IMG/VR virus record: IMGVR_UViG_3300005326_000010
Span: 1 to 58,589 of that record
Length of the DNA: 58,589 nt
Direction: 5' to 3' (one strand)
From: a virus
Lineage: Duplodnaviria; Caudoviricetes
Shown in pieces: positions 25,807-35,766 of this stretch (positions are counted from its first letter, which is position 1; every line of letters starts with the position of its first letter). Position numbers and translations under genes: made by a program. The notes beneath the pieces are model-generated. The model had not been told where the DNA came from, searched no databases, and was given only the letters and a program-made list of their open reading frames with translations.

Positions 25807-27360
25807 ATGACCCCCACACAAATACACAAAGGTCACGCAATATTCCAGACCATCGAACCCGAGAAGTTCCGCGCCATCTTCCCTGCGCTCCGCGAGGCGG
25901 AGGTTCAGGGGCGGAGGTTCTGCGCCGTGCCGCATACCCTGGAGAATGCTCGGTTACTACGTAACCTCGGGATCGCGGCGCCTTCGCCTATCCGTTTTGA
26001 GTATCGGTGGCCGATTATGCCGGGGCGCACCCCCGGCTGGTGGCAGATCGACACGGCTGAGTTCCTTACTCTCAACCCTCGGGCCTTCGTCTTGTCCGGA
26101 ATGAGGACCCGGAAAACTTTGAGCACCCTCTGGGCCGCCGACTACCTGATGCGGAAGAAGATCATCAAGCGCTCGCTCGTCGTGGCGCCGCTCTCTACCC
26201 TCGAAAGGGTTTGGGGCGACCACCTTTTTATGAACTTTCATCATCGCTCCTTCGCTGTCCTCCACGGCACCGCAGAGAAGCGCCGCCGCCTCCTGGATCA
26301 GAAGCACGATTTCTACATCATTAATCACGACGGTCTGGAGATCATTCGACCAGAGTTGGAGAAACGCGACGATATAAACCTGATTATAATTGATGAGGTA
26401 GCGGTTTTCCGGAACAGCCGCACGGCTCGGTGGAAGACGATGAAGAAACTTGTGACCGCGGAAAGGTTCTGCTGGGGGCTCACCGGTACTCCTACTCCAA
26501 ATGATCACTCGGACGCATTTGGCATCTGTAAGCTCATAAAGAGTGAGAACTATAACGGGTCATTCACCCGCTTCAAGAACGATGTACTCATGCAGGTAGG
26601 CCCGTTTCGATGGGTGCCGAGGCGTGGTGCGGAGCAGATAGTCGCAAGAGTTCTCAGCCCGTCCATACGGTTCACTCGTGAGGTTGTGACCGACTTACAG
26701 CCGCAAATAATTGAACGTCAAGCGGAGCTGTCGCCGCAGCAGAAACACCACATCAACGAACTTATCAAGCAGGCGACCACTGAGATCGGTGGGTCTACTG
26801 TAACCGCAGTCAACGCCGCGGTTCTGATCAGTAAGCTGGTCCAGGCATCGCTTGGCGCAATATACTCGGGAGACGGCACGATCGCTCGACTTGACTTCGG
26901 CCCACGCATGTCTGTTATCCGAGAAGTAATTGAAGAGAACCTCCCAGGCAAGGTCATTGTGTTCGCCCCTTTTACCTCGGCGATCGATGCTCTGGCGTCT
27001 GAACTCAAGAAGAAATGGACAGTAGCCGTCGTAGATGGTAGGACCAGCACCGGGAAGAGGAACGAAGTATTCAGAGATTTCCAAGAGAAGAAAGACCCGC
27101 ATCTCTTGGTAGCCCACCCAGGGACCATGGCTCACGGCCTCGAATTATCCGCAGCGGATTTAATTTTGTGGGCAGCGCCGTGCAACAGTAATGAGACATA
27201 TCAACAGGCATGCTGCAGAATTGATGGAGGGGGCCAGAAGAACAAGATAGACATCTGCCATGTATTTGCTACCTCCACCGAGAGGAAGATCTACGATACG
27301 TTGAAAAGCAAAGGCAAACTGCAGGATCTGGCACTCGACCTGATAAAAGGAAAGAAATAA
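25807..27360 (+). CDS. SNF2-like SF2 helicase
   Basis: VVAPLS, IIDE, LTGTP, HGLEL; motifs I and VI are degenerate. Confidence 0.88.
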   Translation: MTPTQIHKGHAIFQTIEPEKFRAIFPALREAEVQGRRFCAVPHTLENARLLRNLGIAAPSPIRFEYRWPIMPGRTPGWWQIDTAEFLTLNPRAFVLSGMRTRKTLSTLWAADYLMRKKIIKRSLVVAPLSTLERVWGDHLFMNFHHRSFAVLHGTAEKRRRLLDQKHDFYIINHDGLEIIRPELEKRDDINLIIIDEVAVFRNSRTARWKTMKKLVTAERFCWGLTGTPTPNDHSDAFGICKLIKSENYNGSFTRFKNDVLMQVGPFRWVPRRGAEQIVARVLSPSIRFTREVVTDLQPQIIERQAELSPQQKHHINELIKQATTEIGGSTVTAVNAAVLISKLVQASLGAIYSGDGTIARLDFGPRMSVIREVIEENLPGKVIVFAPFTSAIDALASELKKKWTVAVVDGRTSTGKRNEVFRDFQEKKDPHLLVAHPGTMAHGLELSAADLILWAAPCNSNETYQQACCRIDGGGQKNKIDICHVFATSTERKIYDTLKSKGKLQDLALDLIKGKK

Positions 27361-27394
27361 AGTTCTTGACACCCTGATCGGGTTGTGTTAAGAT
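27356..27394 (+). promoter_or_regulatory. Promoter AATAAAGTTC-TTGACA-N17-TAAGAT, copy 2
   Basis: Matches 18649-18687. Confidence 0.75.
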
Positions 27395-27424
27395 GTTTAC
27401 AACAAATTGAGGAGGTAACGACGA

Positions 27425-27688
27425 ATGAAAATATCAGGAGTCAAAAATTACAGGTACGAGCCTATGCTATTGGGCTTCGCTGATTTCTTCGAAGCCCTCC
27501 TGGGAGGAGACCGAGAAGGTCAAGTCGAAACCGCACAGGCAACAGCGACCGCCGCACTCGAAGCTCTTGGAAGACTCTGCGAGATTCTCACCGAGAAAGG
27601 CTTGCTCAACAAGGACGACATTGTGAGGATCGTTGGCAGAGAGTGGGAGTCCGGCGAATATGAAATAATTAAAGGAGCCCCTAAATGA
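27425..27688 (+). CDS. Hypothetical protein
   Basis: GAGGAGG RBS. Confidence 0.65.
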   Translation: MKISGVKNYRYEPMLLGFADFFEALLGGDREGQVETAQATATAALEALGRLCEILTEKGLLNKDDIVRIVGREWESGEYEIIKGAPK

Positions 27689-28344
27689 CCCAGCAACTAC
27701 TCCCGACCGCAGAGTCGGTGATCGAGAAGTACCTGGAAGACCGGGAGAAGATCAAAGAGCTGAAGATCAAGGCGAAGCTCGAAGTCGAGAAGATCGAAGC
27801 CTTTCAGCGAAAGAGGGAAGACTTCCTCCTGAAGATGGACGACATCTCGATCTTTGAGTTCATGACCGACCTCTTCGTCAACGGTCGCGACGGCAAGGCC
27901 GCCAAGGAGAAAGAGAAGCAGGACATCGGACTCCGCCAGGATCTCATCGAGTCGTGGCTCCTGAAGATGCTGAAGAAAGTCGGCAAGGGCATCAGGACGG
28001 ACGCTGGCACCGTCTATACGACAGTCAAAGAAAGTGTCTCGGTCGAGTCTTGGGATGCGTTCCTGGATGCGGAGATTCTCGCTCCGCTCGCAAAAGCAGT
28101 CTTCAACTACTTCTCGGAAGAGACCAACTTCGCTGCAAAGGATGTGGATCTGTTTGTTCCTGAGATCGAACGAATAGTTCGAGAGTCCGCCCACTTCGAG
28201 TACCTGAATCACGCGGTTAATAAAACCGCGGTCCTGGAGTGCCTTGGAGAGAAAGACGAAAAAACCGGCGCAAGGCCGAACCCGCCGCCGGCTGGCGTGA
28301 AATACACCGCGATTGCTGCGGTCGGTGTGAGGAAGGGTAAATGA
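27685..28344 (+). CDS. Replication-module coiled-coil protein
   Basis: IRTDAGTVY...V.SWDAF...PPAGV pattern of proteins preceding the SSB-like gene in polA/SNF2 phage modules. Confidence 0.65.
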   Translation: MTQQLLPTAESVIEKYLEDREKIKELKIKAKLEVEKIEAFQRKREDFLLKMDDISIFEFMTDLFVNGRDGKAAKEKEKQDIGLRQDLIESWLLKMLKKVGKGIRTDAGTVYTTVKESVSVESWDAFLDAEILAPLAKAVFNYFSEETNFAAKDVDLFVPEIERIVRESAHFEYLNHAVNKTAVLECLGEKDEKTGARPNPPPAGVKYTAIAAVGVRKGK

Positions 28345-28520
28345 TAATAACAACGACCAAGTTCCAAGTAGTCTGCTTGGAGTGTGGGTCACAAGATGTA
28401 GAGCTGACCTGCCAAAGTTACTTAGATGATGAATATGAATTGATGTGTACTTGCTGCAACAGCTACGACGCTATTTTCAACCAAGGGTCCTAGACCCTAA
28501 CCACAAGGAGAAGAAAACCT

Positions 28521-29591
28521 ATGTCTACAAGCAACGCACTCGCATTACCGAACGAAGTACCGAAGTACCTGGCTCAATACCTGGGCGCCGATGGCGTTAA
28601 GAAGCTCATCGCTGAAGCGGTCGGTGGCATCTCTACCGGAAGCATACCCACCATCGTCGCCAGCACCGGGAGTTTCACCAAGAAGGTCTCTGGTGAAGAA
28701 ACGGTTATCGTATTCCCTGAGATGCTCAAAGGCGAGCCGCACCCGGCTGCCGGCCAAACTGTGTCACAGCTCTCCGTGGTCGTCCTCCGGGCAAAAGAGA
28801 CTCTTGACAAGGCTTGGTACGCCGCAGCTTACTCCCCTGGACAGGAACCGCAGTCTCCCGACTGCTGGTCGGACGACGGCGCTCGGCCCGATCCCTCCTG
28901 CACCTCGCCGCAGAACACCGCCTGCGCTGGCTGCCCCCAAAACGCTTTCGGCTCTGGTACTGACGCAGCGGGAAATCCCGGTAAGGGCAAAGCCTGCTCC
29001 GACCGGAAGCGCCTGGCGATCTTCGCCGACAACGACGTGTGGAAATTCACCGTGCCCCCGGCATCCCTTCAGGCGTGGGTCGCCTACTGCAAGCAGCTCG
29101 GCTCCTACGGTCTTGCTCCGCAGTTCGTCATCACCAAGATCGGCTTTGATCCTGAGAGCAAGTTCAAACTGACCTTCACCTTCGGCGGCGTGTTGGGCGA
29201 GGCCCAGATCGCAAAGCTCCTGGAGATCGGCAAGTCCCAGGAAGTCGAAGACATCCTTGCTGGGAATGTAGCCGCCGCACCTGCGTCTGCTCCGCAGGGC
29301 GATGATAAGAAGGCCCTCGAAGCGTCTAAAGCCGCTGAAGCAGCAGCCGAAGCCGCTAAGGCCGAAGAAAAGAAAAAGGCCGATGCTGCCAAGAAGGAAG
29401 CAGCGAAAGCCGCCAAGGCGAAGAAGGACGCAGAAGAAGCAGCAGCGAAAGCTGCGGCAGCCGACGACACCGGACTCGATCTCGGTCTGGACCTCGGTGA
29501 GGGAGAAGCCTCACCTGCCCTTGAACCGGAAGTGGTAGCCAATGACGAAGGCCCGGCGATCGACGACGTGATCGCGGAACTCGGTCTCTAG
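28521..29591 (+). CDS. Putative ssDNA-binding/annealing protein
   Basis: PDCWS...CAGCPQN..GS...GKAC motif; Ala/Lys linker; acidic C-terminus. Confidence 0.65.
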   Translation: MSTSNALALPNEVPKYLAQYLGADGVKKLIAEAVGGISTGSIPTIVASTGSFTKKVSGEETVIVFPEMLKGEPHPAAGQTVSQLSVVVLRAKETLDKAWYAAAYSPGQEPQSPDCWSDDGARPDPSCTSPQNTACAGCPQNAFGSGTDAAGNPGKGKACSDRKRLAIFADNDVWKFTVPPASLQAWVAYCKQLGSYGLAPQFVITKIGFDPESKFKLTFTFGGVLGEAQIAKLLEIGKSQEVEDILAGNVAAAPASAPQGDDKKALEASKAAEAAAEAAKAEEKKKADAAKKEAAKAAKAKKDAEEAAAKAAAADDTGLDLGLDLGEGEASPALEPEVVANDEGPAIDDVIAELGL

Positions 29592-29635
29592 GAAAAACGC
29601 TAGGGGGAGGGTATCACCTCCCCCGAAGGAAATTT

Positions 29636-30253
29636 ATGAGTACTACATTCATTGATCTCACAGGAAGGACCTTTGGGAACTTGACTGCAGTCGGCTACGA
29701 GAAGACAAGAAATGAAAAAGGCCGAAATCGAGGTAAGTGGACCTGCGGGTGTACGTGTGGAGGTTTTCGTAAAGTATCTAGCCAACGTCTCCGCAGCGGA
29801 CATACAACTCACTGTGGCTGTAAATACCCTAGAACTATCGCTAAAGTTTCTGTCAGCCGCAACTCTGCTGAATATCGGACTTGGGTGCAAATACGACAGA
29901 GGTGCTACAACAAAAAACATAAAAACTACCTGCAATACGGCGGTCGAGGAATTATCGTTTGTGCTCGTTGGCACGAATTTAAAAATTTCTACGAAGACAT
30001 GGGGCCGAGACCTGCCGGACTGACTATCGACAGGATAGAGTCTAATGGTAACTACGAGCCAGGTAACTGTCGTTGGGCTGACATGACAACACAGAATAAC
30101 AACTCTAGCAACTGCCGATGGATAACATTTAACGGAGAAACATTGACCCTGACAGGGTGGGCGAACCGATTAGGTATAGGGTTGGCGTCACTCACAGAAA
30201 GGATACAAAGATGGACGCTGGAAAAAGCATTAACAACACCAAGAAAAGGGTAG
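29636..30253 (+). CDS. HNH-type homing endonuclease
   Basis: DLTGRTFG, CGCTCG, YGGRGI, IDRIESNGNYEPGNCRWA; AT-richer than flanks. Confidence 0.85.
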   Translation: MSTTFIDLTGRTFGNLTAVGYEKTRNEKGRNRGKWTCGCTCGGFRKVSSQRLRSGHTTHCGCKYPRTIAKVSVSRNSAEYRTWVQIRQRCYNKKHKNYLQYGGRGIIVCARWHEFKNFYEDMGPRPAGLTIDRIESNGNYEPGNCRWADMTTQNNNSSNCRWITFNGETLTLTGWANRLGIGLASLTERIQRWTLEKALTTPRKG

Positions 30254-31143
30254 CCGTTCTCTGGCATCAGGACCAAGATGGGTTCGGCGCCGCCTATGCT
30301 GCTTGGAGCGCCCTGCGCGACCACCACGAACTACTCTTTATCCCGGTTCAGTACAGCCAGGAGCCACCTTTGGAGGAACTCAGGGGCTTTGCCCCTGATA
30401 AAGTCTACATCGTGGATTTCAGCTACAAGGCTCCGGTCCTTATAGAACTGAGTTCCGAGTTTCCGAACTTGGTCGTGATCGACCACCACAAGACCGCGGA
30501 GAAGGAACTCGAAGCGTGGTGTGACTTCGGCCGGCCTGTTGAATATTCGTTCGATGCGGACTATTCTGGAGCGGTCTTAACCTGGATGTACCTTTTCCCC
30601 GAAGACACCGAATCCCCGACAATCCTCCAATACGTCCAGGATAGAGACCTCTGGAAGTTCGAATTGCCAGATTCCAAAGCAGTCAACGCCTATATCGCAA
30701 CGCTCCCTTGGGACTTCGAGGTCTGGGATAACTTCAAGCTCGAAGAAGCCTTGCTCGTCGGCGGTGCGCTCGTTGCTCACCAGAAGAAACAGATCGCAGG
30801 GCGGTTGCGGGATGTGAGGATGATAAGCTGGGGTAAGTACGAACAGTTCGGGGCTACAGCGGAGGTACTGTTTCGGGATCATGGTTTGTGGGATGACCAA
30901 GAGCTGTTTGAAATACCCATCGTCAACGCCTCGGAGAACATCAGCGAATTGGGCGAGGCGATGTGCGAAGCCTATCCGGATGCACCGTTCTCGGTTTCCT
31001 ACTGCGACCGGAAAGATGGAAAGCGCAGTTACTCCCTGCGGTCGAGAAACGGTTTCGACGTGAGCGAGGTCGCGAAGGTGTTCGGAGGCGGAGGACATTT
31101 TTCGGCGTCAGGCTTCGCATTGGCTGCCCCAGAAAGCATCTAA
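30211..31143 (+). CDS. DHH/DHHA1 phosphoesterase
   Basis: DQDG, IVDFS, IDHH, DRDLW, SLRS, GGGH. Confidence 0.9.
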   Translation: MDAGKSINNTKKRVAVLWHQDQDGFGAAYAAWSALRDHHELLFIPVQYSQEPPLEELRGFAPDKVYIVDFSYKAPVLIELSSEFPNLVVIDHHKTAEKELEAWCDFGRPVEYSFDADYSGAVLTWMYLFPEDTESPTILQYVQDRDLWKFELPDSKAVNAYIATLPWDFEVWDNFKLEEALLVGGALVAHQKKQIAGRLRDVRMISWGKYEQFGATAEVLFRDHGLWDDQELFEIPIVNASENISELGEAMCEAYPDAPFSVSYCDRKDGKRSYSLRSRNGFDVSEVAKVFGGGGHFSASGFALAAPESI

Positions 31144-31294
31144 ACCGATTACCCTCCCGGAGCCAGGGTGACTATATTTTGTGGACAAAAACTAAAATTC
31201 CAAAGTCAAAACCGCGAGAGCGGCGCCCGCCTGGCTGGGCAGAAAAAGGAAAAATCCTCCAACCGGGAGGGATATTTTCCAGAGAGGCACCTCC

Positions 31295-31468
31295 ATGGAT
31301 GAAGAATTCGAAAAACTGAGAGCCGACCTGAAGAAGTACCGCGAGGCGGTACAGGAATTACAGGAAGAAGTGGACAAACTATACGCCGACCGCGATGGGT
31401 TGCTGTTCGCTGTCGCGAAATTGCGGAGGGAGTTACAGAATGAACGAAAGACCGATAGCAACATTTGA
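31295..31468 (+). CDS. Coiled-coil hypothetical protein (57 aa)
   Basis: Hand-translated MDEEFEKLRADLKK...; GAGG RBS. Confidence 0.45.
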   Translation: MDEEFEKLRADLKKYREAVQELQEEVDKLYADRDGLLFAVAKLRRELQNERKTDSNI

Positions 31469-31700
31469 AGACCTCTTGAAACTCGGCTACAGCCGAAAGC
31501 AGCTTGGAGTCAACAACAAGTACCACCGACCTGTTAAAAGGACGGTACAACTAGGGTATAAAGAGATTGGAAATAATCTCATCGAGGCCAGCGACGGCAC
31601 ACGCTACGCCCGTCTGGAAGGCGGAACACTGGTCTCCCTGCGGGAGAAATTGTCGAAAGCGGAGAAGAAACAACAGAAGAAACGGAGAACAAACCCATGA
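31440..31700 (+). CDS. Hypothetical protein
   Basis: GGAGG RBS; stop overlaps the next start. Confidence 0.55.
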   Translation: MNERPIATFEDLLKLGYSRKQLGVNNKYHRPVKRTVQLGYKEIGNNLIEASDGTRYARLEGGTLVSLREKLSKAEKKQQKKRRTNP

Positions 31701-31981
31701 CCACAAAACCATTCGAATTCAAAAACTTCGCCGCGCTGCTCGACCGAGCGGACATCACCGCCGCCGAGGCCGCAGACATCTTCAAAACGACCAAACCGAC
31801 CATCTACAGTTGGCGAAGTGGCACCACCCCCGCCAATCAGGTCATGCGGGAGTACACCGAGCGCGTCGTGACGGTGATAGCGAAAGCGATCTCCTCTGGC
31901 GACCTACCATTGAAGGGTGTCGAGAAAGAAAACCGCCTGTCAGCGATCGCCGAGGCGATCCGCAAGAATTCGGGGAGGTGA
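31697..31981 (+). CDS. Cro/XRE-like HTH regulator upstream of the primase
   Basis: TAAEAADIFKTTKPTIYSWRSG. Confidence 0.75.
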   Translation: MTTKPFEFKNFAALLDRADITAAEAADIFKTTKPTIYSWRSGTTPANQVMREYTERVVTVIAKAISSGDLPLKGVEKENRLSAIAEAIRKNSGR

Positions 31982-32093
31982 CACATAAACTGTGTCACCG
32001 AAATCCCTTGACAACAACTTATTTTTATGACTAAGTAGGAACCCTACCCCCTACCTTTTCACCTTTTATTTTTTGTTCTGCCCAGGAGGCGTC

Positions 32094-34964
32094 GTGGATA
32101 TTGCAGACCTGATCCCACGCAGCGGGTATTATTGCGCTGCGCGGTTGCTTTCTTCGGGAGGTTTCTCCCATAATTTCTTCGATACCCCAGACGCCCTCAA
32201 AACCTATATCATTAATATGGATGCCGCTGGACATACTATGTATGTCGCTCAAGCGACGTTCGATAAAGTCAAAGTTCAATCTGCTATCGCAGATAACGCC
32301 GCCCTCCCCAAAGGCTCTCCGAAGAGCGACTTCAAAGGCCGCCGGACGCAGGACAATGCTACGCTTCTGCGAAGCTTTTTTCTTGACATAGACTGTGGTC
32401 AGGAGAAGTTCGACAAGACCCCGACGAAAGCGTACCGCTCTCAGGCAGAAGCCGCCAAGGATCTGAAACGTTTCTGCGACGAAACGAAACTCCCCTTCCC
32501 CACCCTCGTGAATTCGGGTAATGGCTTGTATGCACATTGGGTTCTTGTCGATGACGTGGACACCTCTCGTTGGCGTGTTGTCGCTCAGACTTTGAGAAAC
32601 GTCTGCCAGGCGTATGAACTCCGCATCGACCCGCCACGTACCTGTGACACTGCCTCGGTACTTCGACCGGTCGGCACGACCAACCGCAAGAATGGTTCGG
32701 TGAAACCCGTTAGAGTGCTCCACAAGGCACCACCGGTCTCGCTGGTCGAGATGGCGGAGCTGCTTACCGCCGCCGGGAAGAAAAAGAAGCTCAAACTCGA
32801 GCACCACCTCCTGCCGGCGAAGTACGAAGGTCTCCTGAACGAATTCACTGCCGGGATCGAAGGCCCACCATCCTCGCTTCTCCTGGTTGCCGAGCGTTGC
32901 CCGCAGGTACGAGCGGTCAGGGACAGTCAGGGTGACGTGGACGAGCCGCTCTGGTATGGCTTTATCGGTATGGCGCGGTACACGATCGAGGGGATGGAGC
33001 GTCAACTCATCCACGAGTGGAGCCAGGGTCACGACGACTATTCCGTCGAAGCGACAGAGCGCAAGATCGAGCAACACATCGCCTCCGGCGTCGGCCCCAC
33101 CACCTGCACCAAATTCGCTGCGGATAACCCTTCCGGCTGTATCGCCTGCCCGCACAACGGCAAGATCAAGAGCCCGATCACCTTGGGCCGCCCGGAGCCG
33201 GAGAGCATCGAGATTCCGGAAGAGCAGCAACCGCCGCCGATGGGTTTTACCCGTTCGCACGACGGGATTTATCACACAGAATCAGAGGGCGAGCAACCGC
33301 AGCGGGTTTACGACTACGACCTCTATCCGGTGCGCCTTGCCTTTGACCAATCCCTCGGCTACGAGACTGTGACCTTTCGGCACAACTCGTTTCGCTCCCG
33401 GGAATACACAGAGTTCACCGTCCGCGCCTCCACCATCAACGACCAGAAACAATTCCTCATTACCCTGCACGACAACCACGTCCAGATTGTCGGCGCATCG
33501 AGAAAGAAGCACATGATGAGTTATTTGGATTCCTACATGGCTGAACTCCGCGCCCGCCGCGACCTCGCCTCGCTCTGCACCCAGATGGGTTGGCGAGAGA
33601 AGAACGGCGAGAAGCTCTTCGTCTGCGGCGAGACGATCCTGCAGAAAGGGAAAGACCCTCAGACCGCAGGTTTCGCCCGGAACATCCCGCAGGTCGCTCG
33701 CTCCTTCACCCAGAAGGGTGATCTCCAGAAGTGGGTTGCCGCAACGCAGTACCTCGATACTCCCGGCATGGAGCCGTTCGCCTTCGCTTTTCTAGCCGGT
33801 GCCTTCGGCTCCCCCTTGTTACATTTCACCGGTTTCGCCGGTGCGATGGTGGCGATGATCGGCTCTTCCGGCGCAGGCAAGACCCTAATCGGCGAGTGGG
33901 CGCTCTCCGCCTATGGAGACTCGACGCAATTGAAACTGCAAGAGGCCGATACAAGAAACAGCCTTGTGGCAAGGCTAGGCATCTATGGTTCAATGCCTGC
34001 CTACCTGGACGAGTTATCGAACATCGAGCCGCAAGACTTGTCCGATATTTTATACCGGGTAACGCAGGGCAGGGATAAAGTCAGGCTGCAGCGTACCGGC
34101 GTCGAAAGAGATGTTCTGAATCACTGGCAGTTGATCGCCGTCGCCTCGTCCAACCACTCCCTCGTGGACAAACTCGCAATATTAAAGTCCAATGCCTCGG
34201 CGGAGATCAATAGAATTTTGGAGGTCTACACACATCCGGTTGACACGTTCTTGCAGAACGCTACACCTATTTATAGAATTTTCTCCGAGAACCACGGGGT
34301 AGCTGGACCAAGATACTTGCAGTATCTTGTTGACAAACAAGATGGCCACCGCGCCGCGATGGACAAGATCGTAAACGATCTAAATAAGAGAACGAAAGCC
34401 AAGAGCGACGAGCGGTACTGGTCAGCGGTCGCCGGTGCCTCCATCTACGGCGGGCTGATCGCCAAGCAGTTAGGTCTGATCAAGTTCGACGTGAAGAGGA
34501 TTTACGAGTGGTTGTCTTCGACGATAACCGAGTCAAGGAGCGTGAAGCAGGACCTCACCGCCTCCGGTGTTGACCTGATCGGTCAGTTCTTGGACGACCG
34601 CATCATGAACGCCTTGTTTACCTCTGGGAATGAAGGGAAGCAGTTGGTCAGCATCCTGCGAGAACCTCGCGGGGCGATCGAGTATCGCATCGACATTGAC
34701 ACCCACCGCCTTTACATCGACCGGACGAAGCTCCGGGCCTGGTTGAATAAGAACTACGGCTCCTACAGCGACCTGAAGGACGAGCTGACGCAGAAGCGGG
34801 CCTTGGTGTCCACAGATACCAGAAAAGTCCTGGGAGGTAATACGTACTTGGGCGGAACACAAGTGCCGTGTTGGGTGATTGATCTTAAAACTCCGGTGCT
34901 TGGCCGGCAGATCATGGGGATTGTGAAACGGGAAACTGAAAACTTAAAGGAGGCCGCACAGTGA
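32094..34964 (+). CDS. AEP-type primase fused to DUF927/SF3-like helicase
   Basis: FLDID, NSGNG, VLRPVGT, CIAC zinc site, Walker A GSSGAGKT, Walker B YLDE; GTG start after AGGAGG. Confidence 0.88.
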   Translation: MDIADLIPRSGYYCAARLLSSGGFSHNFFDTPDALKTYIINMDAAGHTMYVAQATFDKVKVQSAIADNAALPKGSPKSDFKGRRTQDNATLLRSFFLDIDCGQEKFDKTPTKAYRSQAEAAKDLKRFCDETKLPFPTLVNSGNGLYAHWVLVDDVDTSRWRVVAQTLRNVCQAYELRIDPPRTCDTASVLRPVGTTNRKNGSVKPVRVLHKAPPVSLVEMAELLTAAGKKKKLKLEHHLLPAKYEGLLNEFTAGIEGPPSSLLLVAERCPQVRAVRDSQGDVDEPLWYGFIGMARYTIEGMERQLIHEWSQGHDDYSVEATERKIEQHIASGVGPTTCTKFAADNPSGCIACPHNGKIKSPITLGRPEPESIEIPEEQQPPPMGFTRSHDGIYHTESEGEQPQRVYDYDLYPVRLAFDQSLGYETVTFRHNSFRSREYTEFTVRASTINDQKQFLITLHDNHVQIVGASRKKHMMSYLDSYMAELRARRDLASLCTQMGWREKNGEKLFVCGETILQKGKDPQTAGFARNIPQVARSFTQKGDLQKWVAATQYLDTPGMEPFAFAFLAGAFGSPLLHFTGFAGAMVAMIGSSGAGKTLIGEWALSAYGDSTQLKLQEADTRNSLVARLGIYGSMPAYLDELSNIEPQDLSDILYRVTQGRDKVRLQRTGVERDVLNHWQLIAVASSNHSLVDKLAILKSNASAEINRILEVYTHPVDTFLQNATPIYRIFSENHGVAGPRYLQYLVDKQDGHRAAMDKIVNDLNKRTKAKSDERYWSAVAGASIYGGLIAKQLGLIKFDVKRIYEWLSSTITESRSVKQDLTASGVDLIGQFLDDRIMNALFTSGNEGKQLVSILREPRGAIEYRIDIDTHRLYIDRTKLRAWLNKNYGSYSDLKDELTQKRALVSTDTRKVLGGNTYLGGTQVPCWVIDLKTPVLGRQIMGIVKRETENLKEAAQ

Positions 34965-35416
34965 ACACCTACGAACTCAGTATCACCAGAACTTCGCACG
35001 AAGTAACGACGCTCCAGGCTGAAAGCCCTGAAGCTGCCAAGCTCGCCTGTGAGCGACACCACTCCCCCGACTCGATTGAGATCCACGGGGTGCAGGAGGT
35101 TGAGGCCCCTCCGGAGCAAGAGTACCCCGACGACATGCTTCTGGAGGAGCATAGCTGCTCAGACTGCCGCTATGACGAAACCCCGGACATCGAGACGTAC
35201 TTCCTCGGATGCTCGCACCCGGAGAACACCGGTGCGGATGCCGACTTCTGGACAGACCCGGCGAAGTCAGACTGCTTCGCCCACAAACTGCCGATCATCG
35301 GCCCCGGCGATCTCGTTATCGAGACAACAGAATCCTGCGCCTCTTGCGGCGGGGTGATGCTGAAAAGCGGCGAGAACGAATGGTGCTCGGTTTGTGCGAA
35401 GCTGATCCCTCTATAA
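34961..35416 (+). CDS. Acidic Cys-rich hypothetical protein
   Basis: CSDC, CASC, CSVC. Confidence 0.6.
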   Translation: MNTYELSITRTSHEVTTLQAESPEAAKLACERHHSPDSIEIHGVQEVEAPPEQEYPDDMLLEEHSCSDCRYDETPDIETYFLGCSHPENTGADADFWTDPAKSDCFAHKLPIIGPGDLVIETTESCASCGGVMLKSGENEWCSVCAKLIPL

Positions 35417-35459
35417 ACCCGCCGCCTAAAGCGGAGTAATAAACAAAAGGAGAAAGATT

Positions 35460-35693
35460 ATGTTGATGAGAGCAAAGATGAAGGTGTCCAAGGTGACAGC
35501 GACAGAGTACGGCGAAACACTCGAAGCAGCTCCGGTATGTGGAGACTTCGGACCTAATGGAGAGAGTGAAGATAATACCTACGCACGGTTCACACCCTCA
35601 GGATCATTGACGCTGACAGTGAACAACCCTGATCTCCTCGGGAAGATCAAACCAGGCCAGACGTTCTACGTCGATTTTACTTTGGTTGTCTAG
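35460..35693 (+). CDS. Conserved small phage protein
   Basis: RAKMKV...ENTYARFTPSG-like...YVDF pattern; AAGGAG RBS. Confidence 0.75.
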   Translation: MLMRAKMKVSKVTATEYGETLEAAPVCGDFGPNGESEDNTYARFTPSGSLTLTVNNPDLLGKIKPGQTFYVDFTLVV

Positions 35694-35766
35694 TTAAAAA
35701 CCCCACCCCTAAACCCCTCGTAGTACGCCCACCAACTCTTCGAGCGGTGCAACGCCGCTCGCTTCT

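Noticed and set aside
29280-29470. Ala/Lys-rich repeats in the SSB-like and scaffold proteins as DNA repeat arrays
   Set aside because: Low-complexity coding linkers with no fixed repeat unit.
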